Assembly: GCA_030390025.1 (NCBI GenBank)
Contig: JASTWF010000036.1
Coordinates: forward strand, 496,001-560,000
DNA: 64,000 nt
Reading direction: 5' to 3'
Origin: Squalus acanthias
Lineage: Eukaryota
The position numbers were made by a program, and so were the translations under genes. Position 1 is the first letter of the stretch. Each line of letters begins with the position of its first letter. The notes beneath the pieces are model-generated. The model was not told where the DNA came from and made no database searches. It saw only the letters and a program-made list of their open reading frames with translations. Positions 11,530 through 22,630 of the stretch are shown piece by piece.

Positions 11530-12775
11530 GAATATAGAAAAATAGGAGCAGGAGTCGGCCATTCGGCCCTTCGAGCCTGCTTCCTTCGGCCCATTCAATA
11601 TGATCATGGCTGACCCTCTATCTCAACACCGTATTCCCGCTCTCTCCCCATACCCCATGATGCCTTTTGTGTCTAGAAATCAATCTATCTATCTCCTTAA
11701 ATATAATGGCCCAGATATTCCGATCGCAGGCCTCCCGCGGGCGCCCTTACCTGAGGGCTCCCGGGAAGCGCACAGTTCCGCTGCTGGGCCTCCAAACTGC
11801 CGGTGTGCAGGGCCCACGTATCCCAGGGGCGCAGGTAGTTCGCAGCGTCCCTGGGATCACGTGGGCCATGGGGAGCCAATCACAGAAGGGAATCTCCCTT
11901 CATACATTTGACAGGAAGACCTGTCAATTATATGAATGGAGATCACCCCCAAAACATAGTAAAACTTCAAATAAATTAAAAAAAATTACAATTTTAAAAT
12001 GACTTGAAATTACATAAATTAACTATTTTAAACAAAAATTAAAATTTTTGAAAAAAATAATTAAAGTTTTTAACTGGGCTAAAAATAAACTTTTTTTAAA
12101 AAAGTATTTTTAAACGATAAAGCAGTGGAAATATTTTTTTCCAACTTTTTTCCTGGCAAAAGCAGGCCGTACGCCTGCTTTTACCAGGCGCAAGAATTGT
12201 AGGTGTTTTCTGCGGGCGGAGGGTCTCCAAAAAGCGGAACTATCCGCCCGCAGAGGCCCTTCTCCCGGGGGGCAGCCGGAGGATCTGTCAAGAGCTTTCT
12301 TGACAGATCGGAAATGCCGGTTTCCAGTGCATGCCTGAAACCGGCATTTCCGATGTCCCTACGGGTGGGTACACAGCGCGTACACACCCGTAGGGATCGG
12401 AATATCCGGCCCGTTCAGTGCCTTGGCCTCCACAGCCTTCTGTGGTAGCGAATTCCACAGGTTCACCACCCTCTGAGTGAAGACATTTCTCCTCATCTCA
12501 GTCCTAAATGTCCTACCCGGTATCCTGAGACTGTGACCCCCCCTCGTTCTAGACACCCCCCAGCCAGGGGGAAACATCCTCCCTGCATCCAGTCTGTCTA
12601 AGCCCTGTCAGAATTTTATACGTTTCAATGAGATCCCCTCTCATTCTTCTAAACTCCAGTGAGTACAGGCCTAGTCGACCCAATCTCTCCTCATACGACA
12701 GTCCTGCCACCCCAGGAATCAGTCTGGTGAACCTTCGCGGCTCTCCCTTCTATGGCAAGTATATCCTTTCTTAGG
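11530..12775 (-). mobile_element. CR1 LINE 3' fragment interrupted by a MITE at 11708-12412
   Basis: The CR1 tail 11530-11705 (…ccttaaatata) resumes at 12413 (ttcagtgccttggcctccacagcc…); ORF 12359-12577 reads TRGGHSLRI…RRNVFTQRVVNLWNSLPQ. Confidence 0.85.
11708..12412. mobile_element. MITE with 18-bp TIRs, an AT-rich core and at least 7 internal hairpins
   Basis: TIRs ggcccagatattccgatc (11708-11725) and gatcggaatatccggccc (12395-12412), 16/18 match; the element cleanly splits a CR1 copy. Confidence 0.8.
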
Positions 12776-13186
12776 TCAAATACCCAGGTTCCATATTTGC
12801 TTCATGCAAACAATAAAGTCTGCGGAAAATATGTTTCCTCCAGTTTGGCAGCACTCGCTCAACCTTTCTACATGCGCACAGATCGAGTGGGGAGTGGAGA
12901 GGAAACGTGACTGGATGGTGTCTGGACATTCCTCATTCCAGTCGCAAGCAATTTGTTTTCTTAAAACAGGAGCAGCCACTCAGCGAACGCTGTTTGGAAT
13001 CTGCCCTGCTGGAAGACTCTTTCGTTTGCATAGTTGTCTTTTTTTTTAAGCAAGTTATAGTGCCTCTCCAAGGGATTTGGCATGTGTAAAATTTTTCTCC
13101 TGGTCTCTCTCTTCCCCACTGGCAGAAACATCTGATAATCTGTGCTGCTCATAGTCAGGGGAAAGAGAGTCAGAATCGCAGAACAG

Positions 13187-13698
13187 GGATGTGAAGGCCC
13201 TTGAGAGGGTGCAGAGGAGATTTACCAGAATGGTTCCAGGGGATGGGGGATCTTAGCTACAAGGACAGGTTGGAGAAGCTGGATTTGTTTTCATTAGAGC
13301 AAAGGAGGTTGAGGGGTGATTTGATAGCGGTGTACAAGATTATGACGGGTTTGGATAGGCTGGACGGGGAAAGGCTGTTCCCACTAGTTGATGGTACAAG
13401 GACTAGGGGACACAGATTTAAGGTTTTTGGGCAAGAGATACAGGGGGGATGTGAGGGAAAAACTGTTTTTTTGCAGCGAGTGGTGATGACCTGGAACTCG
13501 CTGCCGAGGGAAGTGGTGGAAGCGGAGACACTCAATGTTTTCAAGGGGAGACTGGATAGGCACTTGAGGGAAATAAACTTGCAGGGCTATGGGGATAGAG
13601 CGGGGGGGAATGGGACTGACTGGATTGCTCCACAGAGAGCCAGCATGGACTCGATGGGCCAAATGGCCTCCTTCTGTGCTGTTATGACTGACTCTATA
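13187..13698 (+). mobile_element. CR1 LINE 3' fragment
   Basis: ORF 13201-13713 reads LSYKDRLEKLDLFSLEQRRLRGDLIAVYKIMTGLDRLDGERLFP…RVVMTWNSLP. Confidence 0.92.
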
Positions 13699-13809
13699 AC
13701 AGTACAGCACTGAAGGAGGCCGTTTGGCTATTCGAGTCCGTGCCGGCTCTTTCGAAGAGCGATCTCGGTACTCCCATTCTCTCTCTCTTTCCCTCCTCTT
13801 CCCCCTATT

Positions 13810-14348
13810 TACTAGAATGCTTCCAGGGGAGGAGGTTTTCAGTTGAGTGGAGAGACTGGAGAAGCTGGGGTTGTTCTCCTGAGAGCAGCGAAGGCTATAA
13901 GAGGAGATTTGATGAGAGTTGTTCAAAATCATGAGGGGTCTGGACAGAGTAGATGGGGAGAAACTGTTTACAATGGCAGAAGGGTCGGTAACCAGAGGGC
14001 TCAGATTTAAATCGATTGGCGATCGTTGAGGATATTCAAGACTGAGATCGATCGAGTTTTGGGACACTAAGGGAATCAAGGGATATGGGGATCTGGCGGG
14101 AAAGTGGAGATGAGGTAGAAGTTCAGCCATGATCTTATTGAATGGCGGAGCAGGCTCGAGGGGCCGTACGGCCTCCTCCTGCTCATAATTCTTATGTTAT
14201 GTTCTTATGACAGAGTAAATGAAGAGAAACTCTTTCACACGGCTGAAGGGTCGGTAACCAGAGGGCACAGATTGAAGGTGATTGGCAAAAGAACCAGAGG
14301 CAACAGGAAGAAAAACTTTATTTGCGCAGCGAGTGGTTAGGATTTGGA
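13810..14348 (+). mobile_element. Cluster of CR1 3' fragments; the 14209-14348 piece resumes at 15181-15383
   Basis: CR1 ORF2 C-terminal remnants and a CR1 tail at 14025-14208. The host ends …ggttaggatttgga and resumes tggaatgtgctgcctga…. Confidence 0.75.
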
Positions 14349-15180
14349 CAGGTTGGGTGTTTGGGCAGATGCAGTATAATGTGGATAAATGCTAGGTTAT
14401 CCACTTTGGTGGCAAAAACAGAAAGGCAGATTATTATCTGAACGGCAATAGATTGGGAAAATGGGGAAGTGCAACGAGACCTGGGTGTCCTTGTGCACCA
14501 GTTGCTGAAGGTAAGCATGCAGGTGCAGCAGGCGGTTAAGAAGGCAAATGGTATGTTGGCCTTCATAGCCAGAGGATTCGAGTACAGGAGCAGGGATGTC
14601 TTGCTGCAGTTGTACAGGGCCTTGGTGAGACCACACCTTGAGTATTGTGTGCAGTTTTGGTCGCCTTATCTGAGGAAGGATGTTCTTGACATGGAGGGAG
14701 TGCAGCGAAGATTCACCAGACTGATACCTGGGATGGCAGGAATGACGTATGAGGAGAGATTGGGTCGATTGGGCTTGTATTCGCTAGAGTTTAGAAGAAT
14801 GAGAGGGGATCTCATTGAAACTTATAAAATTCTAACAGGACTAGATGCAGGAAGGATGTTCCCGATGGTGGGGGAGTCCAGAACCAGGGGTCACAGTCTA
14901 AGGATAAGGGGTAAGCCATTTAGGACTGAGATGAGGAATTTCTTCACCGAGAGTGGTGAACCTGTGGAATTCTCTACCACAGAAGGCAGTAGAGGCCAAT
15001 TCATTAAATATATTCAAGAAGGAGTTAGATATATTTCTTAAAGCTAAGGGGATCAAGGGATATGGGGAGAAAGCAGGGACAGGGTACTGAATTTGGATGA
15101 TCAGCCATGATCTCATTGAATGGCGGAGCAGGCTCGAGGGGCGGAATGGCCTACTCCTGCTCCTATCTTCTATGTTTCTA
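14349..15180 (+). mobile_element. CR1 LINE 3' ~830 bp, nested in another CR1
   Basis: ORF 14469-15041 (QRDLGVLVH…[24 protein letters not shown]…); tail ttctatgtttcta; tgga is duplicated on both sides. Confidence 0.92.
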
Positions 15181-15565
15181 TGGAATGTGCTGCCTGATTG
15201 GGCGGTGGAAGCAGATCCAATAGTAGCCTTCAAAAGGGAATTGGATAAATACTTGAAGGAGAAAAAATTGCAGGGATATGGGGAAAGAGTGGGGGGTAGT
15301 GGGACTAACTGGATTGCTCTTCGAAAGAGCCGGCGCAGACTCGATGGGCGGAATGGCCTCCTTCTGTGCTGTGCTGTTCTCTATATCCCTACAATTTTTT
15401 CACCTTCAAGTATTTATCCAACTCCCTTTTGAAAGCCGCGATTGAATCTGCCTCCACCGCCCTATCAGGCAGCGCATTCCAGATCCTAACCACTCGCTGC
15501 GTAAAAAAGATTTTCCTCATCTCGCCTCTGGTTCTTTTGCCAGTCACTTTAAATCTGTGCCCTCT
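15181..15565. mobile_element. CR1 3' end (+, 15181-15383) abutting an inverted related CR1 fragment (-, 15384-15565)
   Basis: ttggataaatacttgaagg on the + strand faces ccttcaagtatttatccaa immediately downstream. Confidence 0.8.
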
Positions 15566-15593
15566 TTGGGGTTCTTTTGTTTTCTCAAGGCAT

Positions 15594-16555
15594 TCTTCTT
15601 AGGCAGTCCCTCGGAACCGAGGATTACTTGCTTCCACATTAAAAGAGTTCTCAGGTGACTTGAGTCCAATGCGGGACCTACAGTCTCTGTCACAGGTGGG
15701 GCAGACGGTGGTTGAAGGGACAGGTGGGTGGGGTGCTTGGGTTGACGTGCGCTCCTTGCGCTTGGTTTCCGCTTGCTCCCGGCGAAGAGACTGGAGGTGT
15801 TCGGCGCCTTCCCGGATGCTTCTCCTCCACTTTGTGCGGTCTTGGGGCCAGGGATTCCCAGGTGTCGGTGGGGGATGTTGCACTTTTTCAAGGAGGCTTT
15901 GAGGGTGTCCTTGAAGCGTTTCCTCTGCCCACCTGGGACTCCCTTGCCGTGTCGGAGCTCCGAGTAGAGCGCTTGTTTTGGGAGTCTTGTATCGGGCATG
16001 CGGACGATGTGACCCGTCCATCGGAGCTGATTGAGCGTGGTCAAAGCTTCGATGCTGGGGATGTTGGCCTGAGCAAGAACACTGACGTTGGTGTGCCTAT
16101 CCTGCCAATGGATTTGCAGAATTTTGCGGAGGCAGCGTTGGTGGTACCTCTCCAGTGCTTTGAGGTGTCTGCTGTACATGGTCCATGTCTCTGAAGCATA
16201 CAGGAGGGCGGGAATCACTGCTGCTCTGTAGACCATGAGCTTGGTGCCGTGTTTGAGGTCCTGGTCTTCAAACACTCTCTTCCTCAGGCGACCGAAGGCT
16301 GCACTGGCACACTGAAGGCGGTGTTGGACTTCGTCGTCGACGTCTGCCCTTGTTGACAGTAGGCTCCTGAGGTATGGAAAGTGGTCCACGTTGTCCAAGG
16401 CCTCGTCATGGATTTTGATAATCGGGGAGCAGTACTGTGTGGCAGGGGCAGGTTGGTAGAGGACCTTTGTCTTACGGATGTTTAGTGTAAGGCCTGTGCT
16501 CTAGTACGTTTCGGTGAAGGTGTTAACGATGGTTTGGAGTTCGACCTCAGTGTGC
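15594..16555 (-). mobile_element. RTE-clade LINE, 5'-truncated, with a 19-bp TSD
   Basis: ORF 15544-16398 (VDHFPYL…ASAAFGRLRKRVF…TKLMVYRAAVIPALLYASETWT…RLPKQALYSEL…GGQRKRFKD); C-terminal CPTCDRDCRSRIGL; ttttgttttctcaaggcat at 15575-15593 and 16558-16576. Confidence 0.92.
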
Positions 16556-17092
16556 TTTTTTGTTTTCTCAAGGCATACCTTTCCCCCCAATGCCACATGC
16601 GACGGTGCTAATATATTCAGCGTTGTCACAGTCGCCTCCGCCCGAGCCCCAAATGTTAAGGTGCTGTTGTCTTTGCGTTTTGTTCTCGCCTGGAGGGTGT
16701 GTGTGTGTGTGTTTTGGTACGCAGGGGTGCCTTTTTTTAATCGGATTCGACCAAAATGCCAGACCACTTCTGGTAAATACTGTGGAATGAGCTCCAAGGA
16801 ACGAGATGTTGTGTCTGGTGGACGTTATCGACCAGCTTGTGAACAGCGAGTCCACATTGAAACGTGTCGTAGGATAGAGTTGAGCTAGCTGTAATCTCGA
16901 TGTTAATTAGTCTACTGCTGAGCTGGGAGAGAGCTTACGGTGAAATACGACATTGGGTGACGTGATTAGAAGCAACTAGCAGTTTATACACCGCTCGTCT
17001 GTTACTGAATGGTTTTGGAGGCCGTGATAATGAGAAATTTAATGTCAGCACAGACGGGGTAATCAAAATGTTTTAAAATTGCCACAGCCATA

Positions 17093-17510
17093 GTCAGTGG
17101 CTCAGTGGGTAGCACACTCTCTCATCTGAGTTAGAAGGCCGGGGGTTTGAGTTCCACTCTGGAGCCTTGAGCACGTAATCCTGGCCGACATTGTCGGAGG
17201 GGCAGTGCTGAGGGAGCGCCGCACTGTCGGAGGGGCAGTACTGAGGGAGCGCTGCACTGTCGGAGGGGCAGTACTGAGGGAGCGCAGCACTGTCGGAGCG
17301 GTGGTACGGAGGGAGTGCCGCACTGTCCCTCAAACAACACCACTTAACGACCAGATATTCTGCTTTTTTTTTATCACATTGCTGTTTGAGACCTTGCTGT
17401 GCGCAAATTGGCTGCCGCTTTTGCTGCATTACAAAACCATCGGCTATGAAGCGTTTCGGGACGTCCTGAGGTGGTGAAAGGTGCTGCAGAAATGCAGGTT
17501 CGCTCGTTCT
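17093..17510 (+). mobile_element. DeuSINE, internally deleted, with ~4 copies of the 33-bp unit
   Basis: tRNA-like head, short array 17195-17325, tail ttcgggacgtcctgaggtggtgaaaggtgc. Confidence 0.8.
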
Positions 17511-17861
17511 TCAAAGCAACCTTGAGATGGCTCTGCCCCGGGCGTGAAAATGGTGGAAGTCTTGACAATGATGCAGTGTCTGGTTTGCAAATGTTGAGGC
17601 TGACTCGCTGCTGTGGCCGAGTGGCTGAGTATGGACGCCAGCTGTTAACATAGGAAGGGATATTTCCACTGTGAAAAACCCTTCTGTTCCCAACGATGGT
17701 GAGGCGAAGGATGTGGGTAGAGCAAGCAGCAGCATCCGCTGCTGCCAGCCATATGCAGTGTCCTTGTGTTTGGGGTGGGGGGTGGGGGGGTGGTGGATTG
17801 GGAACACTGCCTGACTGTGGAGCTTGATGCATTGTGACAACGGGACGTTGCATTAAATGTA

Positions 17862-18045
17862 AGAAATGAGAAGTCGCACAACACCAGGTTATAGTCCAAC
17901 AGATTTATTTAAAGTTACAAGCTTTAGGAGCTGTTGCCCCTTCGTCAGGTAAAGGTACAATGAGGGAATCTACAGTATTACACAGTATATAAACACAGAA
18001 AGCAATTTGTCTGCAGAGATACAATCTTTCAGGGAGGCATTATAT
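17862..18045 (-). mobile_element. Penelope-like element pseudo-LTR fragment
   Basis: tgagaagtcgcacaacaccaggttatagtccaa is identical to 55538-55570; the fragment also shares cagggaggcattatat. Confidence 0.8.
17915..17952 (-). ncRNA. Minimal type I hammerhead ribozyme motif with a mutated core (GAAA to UAAA)
   Basis: The minus strand reads UUAC CUGACGA A GGGGC AACA GCUCC UAAA GCU U GUAA. Confidence 0.65.
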
Positions 18046-18114
18046 GTGGAAAAGAACTGCATCCCTTTCCTAAGATCTTTCGTACCTTACGGCTTACAGT
18101 GCATCGCCGCAAAA

Positions 18115-18722
18115 GACAGACTTGCATCTCTGCAGTGCTTTTCCCGACCTCTGAACTCCCCGAGGAGCTTTACAGCCAATGAAACACATTTTTGAAGCGT
18201 AGTCGCTGTGTTGTAATGTAGGAAACGCGGCAGCCAGTTTGCGCACAGCAAGCTCCCACAATCGGCGACGTGATAAATGGACCAGATCACAGAATCCTCA
18301 CAGTGCAGATAGAGGCCATTTCGGCCCATCGAGCCTGCACCGACACATATCCCATCCTATCCCCGTAACCCCACGTATTTAATCCCCCCTAACACTAAGG
18401 GTCAATTTTTATCATAGCCAAATCAACCTAACCTGCACATCTTTGGACTGTGGGAGGAAACCGGAGCACCCGGAGGAAACCCACGCAGACACGGAGGAGA
18501 ATGTGCAAACTCTACACAGACAGTCACCCGAGGCCGGATTCGAATCCGGGTCCCTGGCGCTGTGAGGTAACAGTGCTAACCACTATGCCACCGTGCTGCC
18601 ATTTGTGTTTTTTTTTAAAGTGATGTTGCTTGAGGAATAAATATTGGCCCCAGAACCCCCCCCACCACACAGAGAGGGGGCCAGACGGGGCCCGGGTTTT
18701 GCGTCTCATCCGAAAGACAGAT
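18115..18722 (-). mobile_element. DeuSINE 3' half, split by an HE1 insertion
   Basis: The SINE tail 18115-18288 (…gaccagatc) continues at 18601-18722 (gtgatgttgcttgaggaataaatattggcccc…gtctcatccgaaagacag). Confidence 0.8.
18289..18600 (-). mobile_element. HE1-like V-SINE (elasmobranch)
   Basis: tRNA head ggcagcacggtggcatagtggttagcactgtt…ggattcgaatccgg; V-domain gtttgcacattctcc…tctgcgtgggtttcctccgggtgctccggtttcctcccacagtccaaagatgtgcaggttagg; CR1-type tail gatgggccgaaatggcctc. Confidence 0.9.
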
Positions 18723-19349
18723 TTACCCCATGCGCTCAAACGCGACCCTTTGTGCCCGTCGCGCACCTCTTCAAATGCCGAAGTTGTCATTACCTGTGCG
18801 TCGTTGTATTGCACACCACATGAATAAACGGATTGAGTGTTCGAGTCCTGTGCCCACTGCGAGCATCATATTTATTACCAGTGAACAATGCCTGATGGTG
18901 AACCTGTGCATTAACTGTAATATATACTGTAATTAAATGCAGTGGCAGTGCTTCCGAAAACATGTAACTTGCGGTAAGGCATTACAGGAAATGGTTTTGT
19001 ACTCTTGACTCGAGAGCATGTCCTGTTTTCTGATTGTTGTATCAGTTTTCGTGTTGAGAGTCCAGAATTTCAATTGCAGTTTACTCGTAATAATTCAGTT
19101 GCTTTTTTTTTTAAAAGACACTAAAAAGGAAATTAAGTGACCAAATACTTGGGCCGAATGGCCTGTTTCTGTGCTGTAAATTCTAATGCAACGATTTAGG
19201 ATTTATCCACCTGTGCGGCAACAGCGCGGAGGCCCGACCGACCGCCTTTTGCAAATCTCCAGCCCCGCAAAACTTTGGTGTGGGAATGAACAGTCTGCCC
19301 TGATTCCCGCTGATGTAATTTATTTGCAAACTGAGGTCCCAGTCCTCAA

Positions 19350-20420
19350 CGGCAACCACAACTTGTTCCCATACAGCGCCTTTAACATAGTAAAACGTCC
19401 CATGGAGCTGCACAGGAGTGTTACAAAACAACATTTGACACCGAGCCACATAAGGCGATAATAGGGCAGATGACCAAAAGCTTGGTCAAAGAGGGAGGTT
19501 TTGAGGAGAGAGAGAGGCGGAGAGGTTTCGGGAGGGGATTCCAGAGCTCGGGGCCCAGGCAGCTGAAGGCACGGCCGCCAATGGTTGAGCGATGGAAATT
19601 GGGGGATGCTCAGGAGGCCAGAGTTTGAGGAGCGCAGAGATCTGAGGGTTGGAGGAGGTTACAGAGATAGGGAGGGGTTGTAGGGGGCTGGAGGAGGTTA
19701 CAGAGATAGGGAGGGTTGTAGGGGGCTGGAGGAGGTTACAGAGATAGTGAGGGTTGTAGGGGCTGGAGGAGGTTACAGAGATGGGGAGGGTTGTAGGGGC
19801 TGGAGGAGGTTACAGAGATAGGGAGGGTTGTTGGGGGCTGGAGGAGGTTACACAGATAGGGAGGGTTGTAGGGGGCTGGAGGAGGTTACACAGATCGGGA
19901 GGGTTGTAGGGGGCTGGAGGAGGTTACAGAGATAGGGAGGGTTGTAGGGGGCTGGAGGAGGTTACAGAGATAGGGAGGGGGGTGGGGGGGGGGGCGAAGC
20001 CATGGAGGGATTTGAAAACAAGGATGAGAATTTTAAAATCGAGATGTTGCCAGACCGGGAGCCAATGTAGGTCAGCGAGCACAGCGGGGGGGGTGATGGG
20101 CGAACGGGACTCGGTGCGAGTTAGGACACGGGGGCAGCCGAGTTTTGGACGACCTCCGGTTTACGTAGTGTAGGAGTACGTTGGAATAGTCAAGTCTAGA
20201 GGTAACAAAGGAATGGATGAAGGTTTCAGCAGCGGATGAGCTGAGGCAGGGGCGGAGACAGGGCCATGTTACGGAGGGTGGAAGCAGGTGGTCTTGGTTA
20301 TGGCGCGGATATGTGGTCAGAAGCTCCTCTCGGGCTCAAATGTGACGCTAAAGGTTGCGAACGGTCTGGCTGCGCCTCGGACAGATGCTAGGGAGAGAGG
20401 GATGGAGTCGGTGGCTTGGG
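19350..20420 (-). mobile_element. L2-clade LINE 3' fragment with an internal 37/38-bp array
   Basis: Minus-strand translation gives LADLHWLPV…DFKILILVFKSLHG…PYLCNLLQP…STIGGRAFSCLGPELWNPLPKPLR; the 3' UTR matches 22631-22890. Confidence 0.85.
19648..19980 (-). repeat. 37/38-bp minisatellite (9 copies) inside L2 ORF2
   Basis: Unit ggaggaggttacagagatagggagggttgtagggg(g)ct, the reverse complement of the 29547-38089 unit. Confidence 0.95.
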
Positions 20421-20939
20421 GACGAAGTTTGTGGCGGGGACCGAAGACAATGGCAACGATGTCCGATGTGATTTGCCACAGGAGTTGTCGATGAGCAGTG
20501 TCTGTAGCAGTGGGGGTGCTGCATCAGATAAGGGTCTGCTCCTTGGGGACGCTGTCTGATGGAAGAGCCCATTACTCTCGTCGCTGTGGGTACTGACTGG
20601 ATCTCTTGTGAGGGAGGACATCACCTTGGTTTCCTGATTGAGTGGGGCCTCACCGAGACTTGCATTTAAATTACTTTGGCAAATACTTGCGAGAGCGCAG
20701 CGTGAAAAATTTGTAAATCCAATTTGAATGTGTGAAATTAGCAGACTTTTTTTTACAAATGTACTTTTCTGAAGTGGAGTTGTCATTTATGTAAGAAGAG
20801 GTGGCACATTTCCACCAGCGGCCCAGAGATAAAACAATGAGACCGTTTGATCCAGGATTGCATTGCCAGTTTTTTTTTTTTGAGTCTTGCGCAACAAGAC
20901 CTTTTTGAGAGCTTGGAACAGGCAGTACGCCACACAAAG

Positions 20940-21386
20940 CTTGACAGGGTAGATGGTGAGAGGCTGTTTCCCCCCTGGCTGGAGAGTCCAGAGCCAGGGG
21001 TCACAGTCTCAGGATAAGGGGTCGGCCATTTACAGGACTGAGATGAGGAGGAATTTCTTCACTCGGAGGGGGGGTGAATCTTTGGAATTCTCTGCCCCAG
21101 AGGGCTGTGGAGGCTCAGTCGTTGAGTATATTCAAGGCTGAGATCGATAGATTTTCGGACTCTAGGGGAATCGAGGGATGTGGGGATCGGGCGGGAGAGT
21201 GGAGATGAGGTCGAAGATCAGCCACGATCTTATTGAATGACGGAGCAGGCTCGAGGGGCTGAATGGCCTCCTCCTGTTCCTAATGTAACAGGCTCGAGGG
21301 GGCTGAACGGCCTCCTCCTGTTGCTAATGTAACAGGCTCGAGAAGGCTGAATGGCCTCCTCCTGTTCCTAGTGTTCTGTTCTTATG
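20940..21386 (+). mobile_element. CR1 LINE 3' end with a triplicated terminal segment
   Basis: The 43/44-bp unit caggctcgaggggctgaatggcctcctcctgttcctaatgtaa starts at 21246, 21289 and 21333. Confidence 0.88.
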
Positions 21387-21529
21387 ACCAGTTAATCTCT
21401 CTCTTTCGGTGGTGTTGGTTGAGTTATAAATGTTGGCTAGGACATGGAGAGCTTTCTTCTCTTTTGAAGTGCTGTGGGATCTTTCCTAGCCACCTGAACC
21501 GGCAGGGCTTGATTTAGCGTCTCGTCAGA

Positions 21530-22147
21530 AGGGTTTGAGTACAGGAGCAGGGATGTCTTGCTGCAGTTGTACAGGGCCTTGGTGAGACCACACCTTGAGT
21601 ATTGTGTGCAGTTTTGGTCGCCTTATCTGAGGTGGGAGGTTCTTGCCATGGAGGGAGTGCAGCGAAGATTCACCAGGCTGATACCTGGGATGGCAGGAAT
21701 GACGTACGAGGAGAGATTGGGTCGATTGGGCTTATACTCGCTGGAGTTTAGAAGAATGAGAGGGGATCTCATTGAAACTTATAAAATTCTGAAAGGACTA
21801 GACAGACTAGATGCAGGAAGGATGTTCCCGATGGTCGGGGGAGTCCAGAACCAGGGGTCACAGTCTAAGAGTAAGGGGTAAGCCATTTAGGACAGAAATG
21901 AGGAGGAATTTCTTCACCCAGCGAGTGGTGAACCTGTGGAATTCTCTACCACAGAAGGCAGTAGAGGCCAATTCATTAAATATATTCAAGAAGGAGTTGG
22001 ATATATTAAGGCTAAAGGGATAAGGGATATGGGAGACAGCAGGGACAGGGTTCTGAATTTGGATGATCAGCCATGATCGCATTGAATGGCGGAGCAGGCT
22101 AGAGGGGCTGAATGGCCTACTCCTGCTCCTATCTTCTATGTTTCTAT
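21530..22147 (+). mobile_element. CR1 LINE 3' fragment
   Basis: ORFs 21558-21881 and 21811-22023; near-identical to 14575-15180. Confidence 0.92.
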
Positions 22148-22294
22148 AGCACCTTCGAAAGTGCGGCGCTCCCTCAGCACTGAACAGCGAGTGACCACTC
22201 ATCACTTGGAACGGGCTTGAACCCCCACAAGTGAGAGTACAAACACTGGTACCAACACTGAGTCAACTAACAGTGTATATATATATATATATAT

Positions 22295-22630
22295 CTTTTG
22301 CTTCCACATTAAAAATGAGTTCGCAGGTGACTGATGAGTCCAATGCGGGACCTACAGTCTCTGTCACAGGTGGGGCAGACAGTGGTTGAAGGGGCGGGTG
22401 GGTGAGGTGCTTGGGTTGACGTGCTCTCCTGCGCTTGGCTTCCGCTTGCTCCCGGCGAAGAGACTCGAGGTGTTCGGCGCCTTCCCGGATGCTTCTCCTC
22501 CATTTTGTGCCAGGGATTTCCAGGTGTCGGTGGGGGATGTTACACTTTTTCAAGGAGGCTTTGAGGGTGTCCTTGAAGCGTTTCCTCTGCCCATCTGGGG
22601 CTCTCTTGCCGTGCCGGAGCTCTGAGTAGA
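22295..22630 (-). mobile_element. RTE-clade LINE 3' fragment
   Basis: CPTCDRDCRSRIGLISHLRTH C-terminus; same family as 15594-16555. Confidence 0.88.

Noticed and set aside
22327..22368. Hammerhead-like gtga ctgatga gtcc aatgcg ggac in the RTE fragment
   Set aside because: The required GAAA after stem II is absent (ctac), and the sequence is the antisense of the RTE C-terminal coding region (SRIGLISHL).
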